From positions 45,055 to 109,054 of the forward strand of contig PGYR01000004.1 of assembly GCA_002839765.1 (NCBI GenBank): a stretch of 64,000 nt of DNA, in the 5' to 3' direction. The notes beneath the pieces were generated by a model, which had not been told where the DNA came from, made no database searches, and saw only the letters and a list, made by a program, of their open reading frames with translations. The first letter of the stretch is position 1. Each line of letters starts with the position of its first letter. The position numbers and the translations under genes are program-made. The DNA comes from Ignavibacteriae bacterium HGW-Ignavibacteriae-4 (GTDB taxonomy: Bacteria; Bacteroidota; Ignavibacteria; Kapaibacteriales; UBA2268). Shown in pieces: positions 37,012 through 46,477 of this stretch.

Positions 37012-38934
37012 TTACTTCTTGTCTTCGTCGTCAACTACTGTGTAGTCAGCTTCTTCTACCTCTTCTTCAGCACTTGGAGCTGGTTCGCCAGTTGGCTCGC
37101 CACTCGGTGCCGCACCTGGAGCACCTTGTGCATTTCCGTCGCCGTACATGTTTTGCGATGCTTCGCTCCATGCTTTGTTCAGCTCTTCCATAGCAGGTTT
37201 TAGGTCAGCTTCGTTTTCTTTCATAGCTGTTTCTAATCTGCTTTTTGCACTTTCGATTCTAGAGATTTGCTCTTGTGTCAATTTCTCGCCAAGTTCACTA
37301 ATTTGCTTATTAGTCGAAGCTATCAAAGAGTCAGCTTGGTTACGAGTGTCAACTGCTTCTTTCTTTTTATTGTCAGCTTCAGCATTCAACTCAGCATCTT
37401 TTTTCATTTTCTCGATATCTTCTTGAGATAATCCAGATGAAGATTCGATACGAATTTTTTGCTCTTTGCCAGTTCCTTTGTCTTTAGCATATACTTGCAA
37501 GATACCGTTTGCGTCAATGTCGAATGTTACTTCTACTTGTGGTACACCGCGTTGTGCTGGTGGAATTCCGTCTAAGTGGAATTTACCTAACGAGCGATTG
37601 TCCGCTGCCATCTTACGCTCACCTTGTAGTACGTGTACTTCTACTGATGGCTGGTTGTCAGCCGCAGTCGAGAATACTTCCGATTTTTTAGTCGGTATAG
37701 TTGTGTTCGAAGGTATCATAGGAGTTAATACACCGCCTAATGTTTCGATACCCAAAGTAAGTGGAGTAACGTCTAGTAGTAATACGTCAGTTACGTCTCC
37801 GCCTAATACACCACCTTGGATAGCAGCACCGATTGCTACTACTTCATCAGGGTTTACACCTTTTGAAGGCTCTTTACCGAAGAAATCCTTTACTAATTCT
37901 TGTATCTTAGGGATACGAGTTGATCCACCTACTAAGATGATTTCATCCACTTCGTGGTTAGATATACCAGCATCTTTTACTGCTTGTTCACATGGCTTCA
38001 ATGTTCTTTGGAACAAATCTTCGCATAAGCTTTCGAACTTCGAACGTGTCAAAGTTACATTTAAGTGCTTAGGACCATCTTGAGTAGCAGTGATGAACGG
38101 TAAGTTTACGTCAGTTTGCATAGAGCCTGATAATTCTATCTTAGCTTTTTCGCCTGCTTCACGTAATCTTTGTAATGCCATAGCATCGTCACGTAGGTCT
38201 ATACCTTCTTGCTTTTTGAACTCATCTGCCAAAAAGTCAATTAATTTTCTGTCAAAATTGTCACCACCAAGGTGAGTATCACCATTAGTAGATTTCACTT
38301 CGAATACACCGTCACCAATCTCTAGGATAGATACGTCGAATGTACCACCACCCAAATCGTAAACAGCAACTGTCATATTCTTGTGCTTTTTGTCTAATCC
38401 GTAAGCTAATGCCGCAGCTGTAGGCTCATTGATTATACGTCTAACTTTTAGACCAGCGATTTCGCCAGCATCTTTTGTAGCTTGTCTTTGAGAATCATTG
38501 AAATAAGCAGGAACTGTGATTACAGCTTCGTCAACTTTTTCACCCAAATACTCTTCAGCAGTTTGCTTCATTTTAGTCAATATCATAGCTGATATTTCTG
38601 GAGCTGAATACTTTTTGCCATCTATATCTACTCTTATTGAGTTGCCATCATCAGACGGAATAACTTTATAAGGTACTAATTTTGCTTCTTCGCTTACTTC
38701 ATCCAAACGACTACCCATAAATCTCTTGATAGAGTAGATAGTGTTATGCGGATTAGTAACTGATTGTCTTTTAGCAGCTTGACCAACTAGTCTGTCGCCA
38801 GTTTTGGTGAATGCCACCATCGAAGGTGTAGTTCTAGAACCTTCTGCATTAGTTATTACTTCTGGTGAACCGCCTTCCATTACAGAAACGCACGAATTTG
38901 TCGTTCCTAAATCGATTCCTATTATTTTACCCAT
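37012..38934 (-). CDS. dnaK: molecular chaperone DnaK (Hsp70)
   Basis: [34 protein letters not shown], and an acidic C-terminal tail. Confidence 0.95.
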   Translation of the reverse strand: MGKIIGIDLGTTNSCVSVMEGGSPEVITNAEGSRTTPSMVAFTKTGDRLVGQAAKRQSVTNPHNTIYSIKRFMGSRLDEVSEEAKLVPYKVIPSDDGNSIRVDIDGKKYSAPEISAMILTKMKQTAEEYLGEKVDEAVITVPAYFNDSQRQATKDAGEIAGLKVRRIINEPTAAALAYGLDKKHKNMTVAVYDLGGGTFDVSILEIGDGVFEVKSTNGDTHLGGDNFDRKLIDFLADEFKKQEGIDLRDDAMALQRLREAGEKAKIELSGSMQTDVNLPFITATQDGPKHLNVTLTRSKFESLCEDLFQRTLKPCEQAVKDAGISNHEVDEIILVGGSTRIPKIQELVKDFFGKEPSKGVNPDEVVAIGAAIQGGVLGGDVTDVLLLDVTPLTLGIETLGGVLTPMIPSNTTIPTKKSEVFSTAADNQPSVEVHVLQGERKMAADNRSLGKFHLDGIPPAQRGVPQVEVTFDIDANGILQVYAKDKGTGKEQKIRIESSSGLSQEDIEKMKKDAELNAEADNKKKEAVDTRNQADSLIASTNKQISELGEKLTQEQISRIESAKSRLETAMKENEADLKPAMEELNKAWSEASQNMYGDGNAQGAPGAAPSGEPTGEPAPSAEEEVEEADYTVVDDEDKK

Positions 38935-39133
38935 TTTAATATCCTTTTGTTTTATTAAATTTCATTATTTTGTCGTTATGTCACATATTTCAGGACACAA
39001 TGTCTTATCTAACATTATTTATGTTCTGAAATGTATGGCAAAATTATTGTGCCAAGTTTTTATCTTAGTATTGATTCCTTTATAATTCCCGCCCTATTTC
39101 TAGGGCGAGATGAACTATAATAATTTGTTTATT

Positions 39134-39586
39134 TTACTTAATGCTTACTTCTAATTCTTTTGGTTTAGCTGGTTCTTTTTTCTCAAGAACTACTTTCAGC
39201 AAACCGTCTTTGAATTCTGCATCTATGCTATCCGTATTTACATTGTCTGGCAATACAAACGAGCGAGTGAACTCACCGAAGTTGCGTTCTACTCTTAAGT
39301 ATGTAGCGCCGTCTTTAGTGTCTTCTGTTTTAGTTTCTCTGTTCTTAGAACCCTTTAGTACTAGTACGTTTTCGTCATTTACGCTAACTTTTATATCTTC
39401 TTTTTTAACACCAGGGATTTCCGCTTCTATAGTGATGTTCTTCTCATCTTCGTGAACATCTACTGTCGGGTTGAATCCGTTGCGAGAATTGAATACAGCA
39501 TCTGTATCAAATTCATTCATCATGCTATTCATTCTTCTGCTTAATTGGTTCAGATTTCTGAACGGCTCAAATTTTACTAAACTCAT
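39134..39586 (-). CDS. Hsp20/alpha-crystallin family small heat-shock protein
   Basis: Alpha-crystallin domain (DVHEDEKNITIEAEIPGVKKEDIKVSVNDENVLVLKGS … FGEFTRSFVLPDNVNTDSIDAEFKDGLLKVVLEKK). Confidence 0.85.
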   Translation of the reverse strand: MSLVKFEPFRNLNQLSRRMNSMMNEFDTDAVFNSRNGFNPTVDVHEDEKNITIEAEIPGVKKEDIKVSVNDENVLVLKGSKNRETKTEDTKDGATYLRVERNFGEFTRSFVLPDNVNTDSIDAEFKDGLLKVVLEKKEPAKPKELEVSIK

Positions 39587-39606
39587 TTTAGTATCTCCTA
39601 TGTTTT

Positions 39607-40014
39607 TTATTTAATATTAATTGTTTTTGGTTTTAGAGCTTCTTTTTTGGGAATGCTAATCAGCAATAACCCATTTTTGAAGTTCGCTTCTATTTTATCA
39701 GTTTCGTATTTCGTTGGGATTATAAATGATCTCTTATAACTAACAGAGTCAAACTCATTCATCATCATTGTTTCGTTTTCTTTTGTTTCAATTACTCTTT
39801 CGCCACTTACAGTCATCACGTTCTCATCGTTCACTACTAGTTTCATTGTCGTTTTGTCCACTCCTGGTAGCTCTATAGTAAAGCTCAGTATATCATCTAT
39901 GTCCGATACTCTCACTCTTGGCTTTATGTCGTTTGTTCTTTCGGGGCTTTCAACTCCTACTGGGCTGAAAAATCTATCGAAATCTGTCATTGGCATTCTT
40001 CTTTGTACTAACAT
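39607..40014 (-). CDS. Hsp20/alpha-crystallin family small heat-shock protein (second copy)
   Basis: FTIELPGVDKTTMKLVVNDENVMTVSGER … FIIPTKYETDKIEANFKNGLLLISIPKKE. Confidence 0.8.
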   Translation of the reverse strand: MLVQRRMPMTDFDRFFSPVGVESPERTNDIKPRVRVSDIDDILSFTIELPGVDKTTMKLVVNDENVMTVSGERVIETKENETMMMNEFDSVSYKRSFIIPTKYETDKIEANFKNGLLLISIPKKEALKPKTINIK

Positions 40015-40205
40015 ATTATATCTCCTTTTGTATTACTATTTGTTTTAATGTTATTGTCAATGTTATGATAGTACATAATGGAAAAGTGTGCCAAAACACT
40101 GTTACCAGACGATATGACAGAATAACGACATAATGTCGCCTTAGTTGGCAGTAATTTTGTCAGAGATTTTGGGGTTTAGGTAATGGGTGTGGCAGAGGTG
40201 GTGGC

Positions 40206-40246
40206 AGGAGCAAAAACCCCCAAAGAGCATTATGCTTCTTGGGGGT
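40206..40246 (-). terminator. rho-independent terminator after the repeat-adhesin gene
   Basis: Minus strand: ACCCCCAAGAAGCATAATGCTCTTTGGGGGT followed by TTTTT. Confidence 0.5.
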
Positions 40247-40278
40247 TCGTATTTTTGGTTAACTGTTTGTTGATTCAA

Positions 40279-41712
40279 TTAAATATTCACCCAAGCCCCA
40301 CCATTCCAGATTTTTAAAGCTGAAGCACCTGTGTCATACCAAAGACTACCAGTTAAAGGAGAACTAGGCGCCGTTGCAGAGAAATGCACAGCAACACTGC
40401 TAGAACTACCATTCGCATTGATACCTTGATTCATATTCATAATTCCCCGAACAGTATGAGTTGCATTGGCATCATCTCCAATAACAACATTCCCATTCTT
40501 ATAAACCTCAAAAGCGTTAGTAAGTGCTGAGTATCCTGTACCATTTCCTATAGTCAATAACTCACCTGTTATTGTATAGTCATTATACATACCCATTGCA
40601 ACAGACCCCGACTCATTTGCTAATGTACGATAACCCATTGCTGTGGAATAATCACCACTCGCTTCCGTAGAAACTCCCATTGCTGTGGAACTATTGCCAC
40701 TTGCGGTTGTTTGAAAACCCATTGATGTAGAAGCAATATTGCTTGAGACTGATTGATTACCCATTGCAGTTGAATAAATACCACTTGCAGTTGTGCTATG
40801 GCCCATTGCAGTAGAATAACTTTGATTTGAGATCGTATTATAGCCCATTGCTGTTGAGATGACACCACTTGCTGTAGTAGAAACACCCATTGCTGTTGAA
40901 GCACTACCTGTTGCTCTTGTATTAAATCCTGCTGCAAAAGAAGAACTACCTCTTGTATCCCAATGGTTTCCATCTATATTACCTACTCGGAAAGAACCGT
41001 TGCCTCTATCATAAAACATTTTGTATTCTTGACCTGGACCAGTATAAGTAAAATCATCATCACCGAAGATGAAATCTTTGTCAGCACCAGTTGGATTAGC
41101 TGTTATTCCACCATTTATTACAATACCATCTGAATTGACTAATAATTCGTTAGCACCTGCCACGGTCACAGTTGCAGTGTTTGTAACATCGTTATAGCTA
41201 AATGCCAACTCATCTGTACCTGCCATACCGCCATCAGGACCTATATGGATAGTGTTACCTCTCACATAAAGTTCACCCCAACGGCTGTTGTCTTCACCTA
41301 AGTTGTTATCACCACTTTTAGTGGGAGTTAGATTGCCTTCGTTGTTATATAGTGTTGATTGACTTTGGCTTAATATTAGTTGATCTAATCTGTATTGAGC
41401 ATAAAGAGTGCCACCAACTAACACATCCAAAACATAGTAAGAGTTGACTTCTGTTGCAGTTATGTCGTCCCAATCCGTTCCGACGTTATTAGCCACCTGT
41501 ACTATAATTATGCCCGATCCATTAGGCGTAAGCGATTGTAAAGCACCTGTATATTTTGTAGTAGCTGTGCCACCAGTATAATCGTTAAGTTTCACTTGCA
41601 CACTTACTGCCGAACTGCTATTATTCATAATAGCCACTTTAAGCGGCTCGAGGGCAGATAATGAGGTAAATGACATTAATCCCAAAATGATCAATGAAGT
41701 AAATTTTTTCAT
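40279..41712 (-). CDS. secreted repeat protein with YadA-head-like (STAMG) repeats; putative adhesin or fibre protein
   Basis: Signal peptide. About 8 tandem ~15-aa repeats (ASTAMGVSTTASGVISTAMGYNT…YSTAMGHSTTASGIYSTAMG…) resembling the SVAIG-type head repeats of trimeric autotransporters. No C-terminal membrane anchor. C-terminus …LWYDTGASALKIWNGGAWVNI. Confidence 0.5.
   Translation of the reverse strand: MKKFTSLIILGLMSFTSLSALEPLKVAIMNNSSSAVSVQVKLNDYTGGTATTKYTGALQSLTPNGSGIIIVQVANNVGTDWDDITATEVNSYYVLDVLVGGTLYAQYRLDQLILSQSQSTLYNNEGNLTPTKSGDNNLGEDNSRWGELYVRGNTIHIGPDGGMAGTDELAFSYNDVTNTATVTVAGANELLVNSDGIVINGGITANPTGADKDFIFGDDDFTYTGPGQEYKMFYDRGNGSFRVGNIDGNHWDTRGSSSFAAGFNTRATGSASTAMGVSTTASGVISTAMGYNTISNQSYSTAMGHSTTASGIYSTAMGNQSVSSNIASTSMGFQTTASGNSSTAMGVSTEASGDYSTAMGYRTLANESGSVAMGMYNDYTITGELLTIGNGTGYSALTNAFEVYKNGNVVIGDDANATHTVRGIMNMNQGINANGSSSSVAVHFSATAPSSPLTGSLWYDTGASALKIWNGGAWVNI
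40590..40930. repeat. intragenic tandem repeats (~45-bp units, cccattgc(a/t)gt(t/g)ga…) encoding the STAMG repeats
   Basis: The recurring units are visible directly in the sequence. The reverse-strand ORF 40620..40973 (Q-rich) is an artefact of this repeat. Confidence 0.5.
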
Positions 41713-41940
41713 ATTGTTAAGAACTCCTTGTTATTTAAAAAAATAAGTTAATTGTATTTTATTAGAACCTTAATTTACACTTTTTAGAAAAAAATTGCAC
41801 AATTTTGCTTTTGATCTGCTCCTTTTTTTTCTTTCTTTCCCACAACTTTTTTTACATATTAACCTCTTTGTATTCTTTAGAATTAATGATATTCTTATAT
41901 TGCATCTCTTAAACATTAAACAATCAAAATAAAACACGAA

Positions 41941-43404
41941 ATGGAAAAAATCAAAGTAACATTAGCCAAGGGCGACGGAATTGGGTTAGAGATAACTGAT
42001 GCAGTGATAGACATACTAGAAGCAGCAGGTGCACCACTAGAATACGAAGAAATCAGCGTAGGCGAGAAAGTCTATCTAGATGGAATCAAAACTGGTATTC
42101 CCGAAGAAGCGTGGGATATAATCACTCGCAATGGGGCATTCCTAAAAGGGCCTATCACTACTCCACAAGGTGGCGGTTACAAAAGTTTGAACGTAACTAT
42201 CAGAAAGACTTTGGGGCTTTTTGCTAATGTACGTCCAGTGAAGGCATATCACCCTTACATCAAAACTCACTTTCCGGGTATGGACCTAGTAGTAGTTCGT
42301 GAGAATGAGGAAGATCTTTACGCAGGTATCGAACATCAGCAAACTCCAGAAGTAGTACAAGCACTAAAGCTTATCTCTAGACCGGGTTCAGAGAAGATAG
42401 TTCGCTATGCTTTCGAATATGCTAAGGCACACGGCAGAAAGAAAGTTACTTGTATGACTAAAGATAATATAATGAAGCATGCCGATGGTTTGTTTCACCA
42501 AGTATTCAACGAAGTTAGAGTAGAGTATCCAGAAATAGAATCTGAGCATTACATAATCGATATCGGGACAGCAAGAGTAGCTAATGACCCTAATAGATTC
42601 GACGTGATAGTAACTCTTAACCTATACGGCGATATAATATCAGACGTAACAGCTGAAATAGCTGGTTCAGTTGGGCTAGGCGGCTCGTCTAATGTAGGTG
42701 AAAACGTAGCTATGTTCGAGGCGATACACGGCTCGGCACCAGACATAGCTGGTAAAGACATGGCAAATCCTAGTGGATTGCTTAACGGTGCTTGTATGAT
42801 GCTAGTTCACCTAAACCTAGGTGAGTACGCTTACAAGATACAGAATGCACTATTCAAAACTATAGAAGATGGTATTCACACAGGCGATATGAAGAGTGAG
42901 CACACACGTGACCTAGTTGGAACGAAGGCATTTGCTCACGCAGTAATAGCTAGATTGGGGCAAAAGCCAGAACACCTGACTATACCAAAACCTACTAACC
43001 ACCAAATAGTAATCCCGGGGTGTAATATCCGCCGAGTACCTAAGACTTTGGTTGGTGTAGATGTGTTCATAGATTGGGTAGCACTAGGCAGAGACCCACA
43101 CGAATTATCAAAAGAGCTACAACCATTGGCACCGAAAGGAACAATGCTAAAAACTATCTCGAACAGGGGAATAGCAGTTTGGCCGGGCAAAGCTCGTGAT
43201 ATATTCTGCTCTGATCACTGGTATTGCCGATTCGTAAGTGAGGACTATGAAGCTACTGAAGGACAAGCAGAATTCAGCTATGACGCAATAGTTGAACTAC
43301 TAGGCAACTTCAACACTGCTGGCTTCAACTTCATCAAAATAGAGAACCTATATACTTTCGAAGGGAAGCGTGGTTACTCACTATCACAAGGCGAGACGAG
43401 TTAG
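41941..43404 (+). CDS. icd: isocitrate/isopropylmalate dehydrogenase family enzyme, probably isocitrate dehydrogenase, with ~130-aa C-terminal extension
   Basis: SLNVTIRKTLGLFANVRP, NLYGDIISD and GSAPDIAG motifs of the beta-decarboxylating dehydrogenase family. Confidence 0.6.
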   Translation: MEKIKVTLAKGDGIGLEITDAVIDILEAAGAPLEYEEISVGEKVYLDGIKTGIPEEAWDIITRNGAFLKGPITTPQGGGYKSLNVTIRKTLGLFANVRPVKAYHPYIKTHFPGMDLVVVRENEEDLYAGIEHQQTPEVVQALKLISRPGSEKIVRYAFEYAKAHGRKKVTCMTKDNIMKHADGLFHQVFNEVRVEYPEIESEHYIIDIGTARVANDPNRFDVIVTLNLYGDIISDVTAEIAGSVGLGGSSNVGENVAMFEAIHGSAPDIAGKDMANPSGLLNGACMMLVHLNLGEYAYKIQNALFKTIEDGIHTGDMKSEHTRDLVGTKAFAHAVIARLGQKPEHLTIPKPTNHQIVIPGCNIRRVPKTLVGVDVFIDWVALGRDPHELSKELQPLAPKGTMLKTISNRGIAVWPGKARDIFCSDHWYCRFVSEDYEATEGQAEFSYDAIVELLGNFNTAGFNFIKIENLYTFEGKRGYSLSQGETS

Positions 43405-43433
43405 TCTATCTACAGAAAATTAGAATCTATTTA

Positions 43434-43465
43434 AATCCTCAGCTGGTAAAGTTGGGGATTTTTTT
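43434..43465 (+). terminator. rho-independent terminator after icd
   Basis: AATCCTCA-gctggtaaagt-TGGGGATT followed by TTTTT, then a G10 tract. Confidence 0.45.
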
Positions 43466-43551
43466 GGGGGGGGGGAGAACATTTTTTAATTTCAGTTGTC
43501 CGATTTTTCCGGACAACTTACTTCATTCTTTCAAGAATCCGTATTCGTATA

Positions 43552-44400
43552 TTATTCTTTATTATCTTGATCTAAAAGCTTTTTAGGTTTTTGTATCTCT
43601 GGTGCATTTTTAGAAGAAATAACGCTTTTACCTGTTTGTTTTTCCAATGTTAATCTTGCTTGTTTTGCAACATTTCCACCCTCTTTTGCCACTTTTTTAT
43701 TTGCGATAAAACCATTCGGTTTTTGTTCTTTTGAGATTTCCGATGTTGAAGCCTCTGCTAGCATATTTAAGACAAGCTCAAGATTCGTCATATTATCTCT
43801 CAAGTTTTGCTTTTTGAGTCCTTTGAAATTTTTATATTGTTTTACAGATTTATCCGCCCAAGCTTTTGTGATTTCATCTGTTAAAATTGCATATTCCAAT
43901 CCTTCCTTCATTCCTCTTTCTTTCCATTCGTCAGTAAGTTCTTTTCTGACTTCTATACTTTTAAGTCTCTGATTTATCCAATCTTTGGAATATCCTTTTT
44001 TGAGATAAGTTTCCATTGCTCTTTCAAAAGCAAGCTCTGGATCTTCAGTTTCTTCGATTCTTTCATAGCCAACTTGTGCTAACCAAATTTTGAACGGCTC
44101 AGCTTTTGGTGATGGTATTGATTGAATGAGTCGAAGTAAAGTTTCTGTATCAGCAACATCAGTAAGGTATTTTTTGCCATCTGAAGAAATTAATTTCAGT
44201 TGGTTACAATTTGTAACCGACTCACTTCCTTCCTTTTTCAATCTGTGTTTAAGGACTTTCCAATAGTTATTTGGGTTGGTGCTGTCTGTCAAAACAGCAA
44301 TTACATCAACAACTGAAAAATACCAAAGTTCTTTTTCTTCGTCCCAATGACGACGAACTTGTTTTTCGTGAAAAAGTACAATTGAATTATCTTTTTTCAT
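43552..44400 (-). CDS. Bro-N domain / DinD (DNA-damage-inducible protein D)-like protein
   Basis: N-terminal Bro-N-like region (RRHWDEEKELWYFSVVDVIAVLTDSTNPNNYWKVLKHRLKKEGSE) and a DinD-like C-terminal half (…GLKKQNLRDNMTNLELVLNMLAEASTSEISKE…). Confidence 0.65.
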   Translation of the reverse strand: MKKDNSIVLFHEKQVRRHWDEEKELWYFSVVDVIAVLTDSTNPNNYWKVLKHRLKKEGSESVTNCNQLKLISSDGKKYLTDVADTETLLRLIQSIPSPKAEPFKIWLAQVGYERIEETEDPELAFERAMETYLKKGYSKDWINQRLKSIEVRKELTDEWKERGMKEGLEYAILTDEITKAWADKSVKQYKNFKGLKKQNLRDNMTNLELVLNMLAEASTSEISKEQKPNGFIANKKVAKEGGNVAKQARLTLEKQTGKSVISSKNAPEIQKPKKLLDQDNKE

Positions 44401-44529
44401 ATTTTATGTTAAATTAAATTTTTAAAATTCTAACTAAGTTATAAAAAGCTTATGTATTTGGGTTGTTTATTTTTTTGTATAATCTCTATTACAGTTATTA
44501 CTTATATACTTTATTGTGTGCTGCGTTTT

Positions 44530-46275
44530 TTAGTTTAGTTTTATTAAATTGTTTTGAGCCAGATAATTTATAAATTTGGTTGTAATCTCTTCTGTTCTAA
44601 TAGAAATGTCTTGTTCAGTAAAGTCGGAATTATTTACTGCAAGATTTAATAATTCAGTGATAATAGTACCTTCTTTATTTTGTCCTTTACTATTTGTGAA
44701 TCCCGTGTAATATTTAGTTTTATCACTAAATCTGTAATCAGCAGCTCTAATATTAATTTTGTCTTCAAGCAATGCTTTATTTCCAAGAGCTTCAAGATTT
44801 TTAATGTCGGTTAAAGTTTTATCGTTTTCTTGTCTTTTTCTTGCAAAAATATGTTCAATATCAAAATTAGTGTTTATATTCGGAATTTCTTGATGGTCAT
44901 TGTTAAACGCCCACCAAGTTAACATTGAACGTGTTATGGGTCTTCCATTTTTAAATTCAAAGTTATTGATCGCGTTTTTTAATGAGTTAACCTCGAATTT
45001 ATGTTCATAAAAGTTTACATCTTTGTTTGTAACAACATTTATCATTTCCGCATATACTGGAGTTCGTAAAGCATTAACTCCTGGATTAGTAAAAGCATAA
45101 CCCCAGACAAATGCAATTGTTTTATCTAGGAAAATTTTAAGTTTACTGTCATCAACTAACTCACTTTCATTTTTGTTATGCAAAAAATAAACAGATAAAA
45201 AATATGTCCACATACTATTTGGTGCATAATTTAGTATGAATAATTTCCTTAAAATATTTTGTGAAAATCTTTCAGAATTTTGAGTATAAACATCGTTCCA
45301 AAAATCTACAAGTATTTTTAAGTTTGGTAAAGTTTCATCTAGTTTAAGAATTGCATATTTATCCTTTTCATAAAATTTTCTAAGTGCTTCAGTTGTACTT
45401 GATTTTATTCCTTTTTTTGCACGAACAAAATACATATATCTTGTAAATAATTCGTCCATTGGCGTACCATTAAGAGGTTTGAAAATTTTACTGCTAATTT
45501 CTTCTAGCTCTTTCCATTTTTCAATAAAAGCATCCTTTTGATTTTTAGCACTGTAATGTTTATAAAATTGGGCTTTAAAAATGTCGGCATCGGATAAAGG
45601 TAGACCTCTATCATTTAATGTTGAGAAAATTCTCAATGCAGTATCTTGAGATTCAGCTTCAATTGGTAAAAGAATACAATTCCCTAAAATTCTAGCAGGC
45701 AAGTAGGCAAAATATGACGGGAAATCATTTAAAAACTCATCAATTTTCTGCTGAAAAAAAATGAAATTTTTAGCATAATTACTCTTTTGACCCTTTGTTA
45801 CTATTCCAGTCTTTAAAATTTCGAGAAATTCTTCTTTATCGTTGTCTGTCGCAACTTCTGAATCAATTTTCAAAACATTTAAATCAGCTTGTCCGAATTC
45901 ATTTGTTTTCCATAGACATTGAGCAATTCTTTCTCTTGTACTTTTAGAATTTTCGTCTTGCATATTCCCGAATTTTACGTAAAAAGCACGAAGTAGAAGC
46001 ATTAAAGTTGTCAAACGTTGTTGTCCGTCAATTACCTCCTTTTTGTTGTTATCATTCTCGAAAGTAACAATTGAACCCAAAAAGTACTCCTCATCTTTGT
46101 CAAACTTTTCGTAGTTATTATCAGGAAATGCAAATGAGAATATATCGTCCCAAAGTGTTTGGCATTGCCCCTCTTCCCAAGCATAAGGTCTTTGGTAATC
46201 AGGAATTAAAAAGTCCGATTTTTTGTCGGAAAAAAGTAATATTATCGTCTTTTGGTCAACATTAAGTTTTGACAT
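44530..46275 (-). CDS. GmrSD-family protein (N-terminal DUF262 ParB-like NTPase/nuclease + C-terminal DUF1524 His-Me finger); probable type IV modification-dependent restriction enzyme
   Basis: DUF262 motif LIPDYQRPYAWEEGQCQTLWDDI … EVIDGQQRLTTL. C-terminal DUF1524-like …FDIEHIFARK…GNKALLEDKIN. Confidence 0.75.
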   Translation of the reverse strand: MSKLNVDQKTIILLFSDKKSDFLIPDYQRPYAWEEGQCQTLWDDIFSFAFPDNNYEKFDKDEEYFLGSIVTFENDNNKKEVIDGQQRLTTLMLLLRAFYVKFGNMQDENSKSTRERIAQCLWKTNEFGQADLNVLKIDSEVATDNDKEEFLEILKTGIVTKGQKSNYAKNFIFFQQKIDEFLNDFPSYFAYLPARILGNCILLPIEAESQDTALRIFSTLNDRGLPLSDADIFKAQFYKHYSAKNQKDAFIEKWKELEEISSKIFKPLNGTPMDELFTRYMYFVRAKKGIKSSTTEALRKFYEKDKYAILKLDETLPNLKILVDFWNDVYTQNSERFSQNILRKLFILNYAPNSMWTYFLSVYFLHNKNESELVDDSKLKIFLDKTIAFVWGYAFTNPGVNALRTPVYAEMINVVTNKDVNFYEHKFEVNSLKNAINNFEFKNGRPITRSMLTWWAFNNDHQEIPNINTNFDIEHIFARKRQENDKTLTDIKNLEALGNKALLEDKINIRAADYRFSDKTKYYTGFTNSKGQNKEGTIITELLNLAVNNSDFTEQDISIRTEEITTKFINYLAQNNLIKLN

Positions 46276-46477
46276 AGATTATTCTCGTATTTATATTTTA
46301 TTTCTGCACTTTTTAGAAAAGTCGTTTAACTGTAACTCAATACTTTCCCAATTCGCAAACATCCGCATATTGAGAGTTATTAGTGCCTCAATATAACAAA
46401 AAAACTAATTTCTTCATCAGCCCCAACAAAAATATTCCCCTTTCATCTTTCCCTCCCTTCCCTTAATTTACCAGTCT

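Noticed and set aside
36825-37203. Short ORFs (36825..37034 minus; 36975..37193 and 37009..37203 plus) around the dnaK 3' end.
   Set aside because: They overlap the dnaK coding sequence or the hairpin-rich 3' region, and their translations are low-complexity. More likely the region is non-coding RNA structure.
38935-40278. Searched for a CIRCE (HrcA) operator upstream of dnaK and the hsp20 genes.
   Set aside because: No TTAGCACTC…GAGTGCTAA-like inverted repeat is present. Only an imperfect ACATATTTCAG/CTGAAATGTAT dyad and a GC hairpin were found, and these are recorded as findings instead.
40620-40973. Q-rich 117-aa ORF on the same strand but in an alternative frame inside the adhesin gene.
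   Set aside because: It is an artefact of reading the ~45-bp tandem DNA repeats in another frame. It lies fully inside a longer ORF with a signal peptide and coherent repeat protein.
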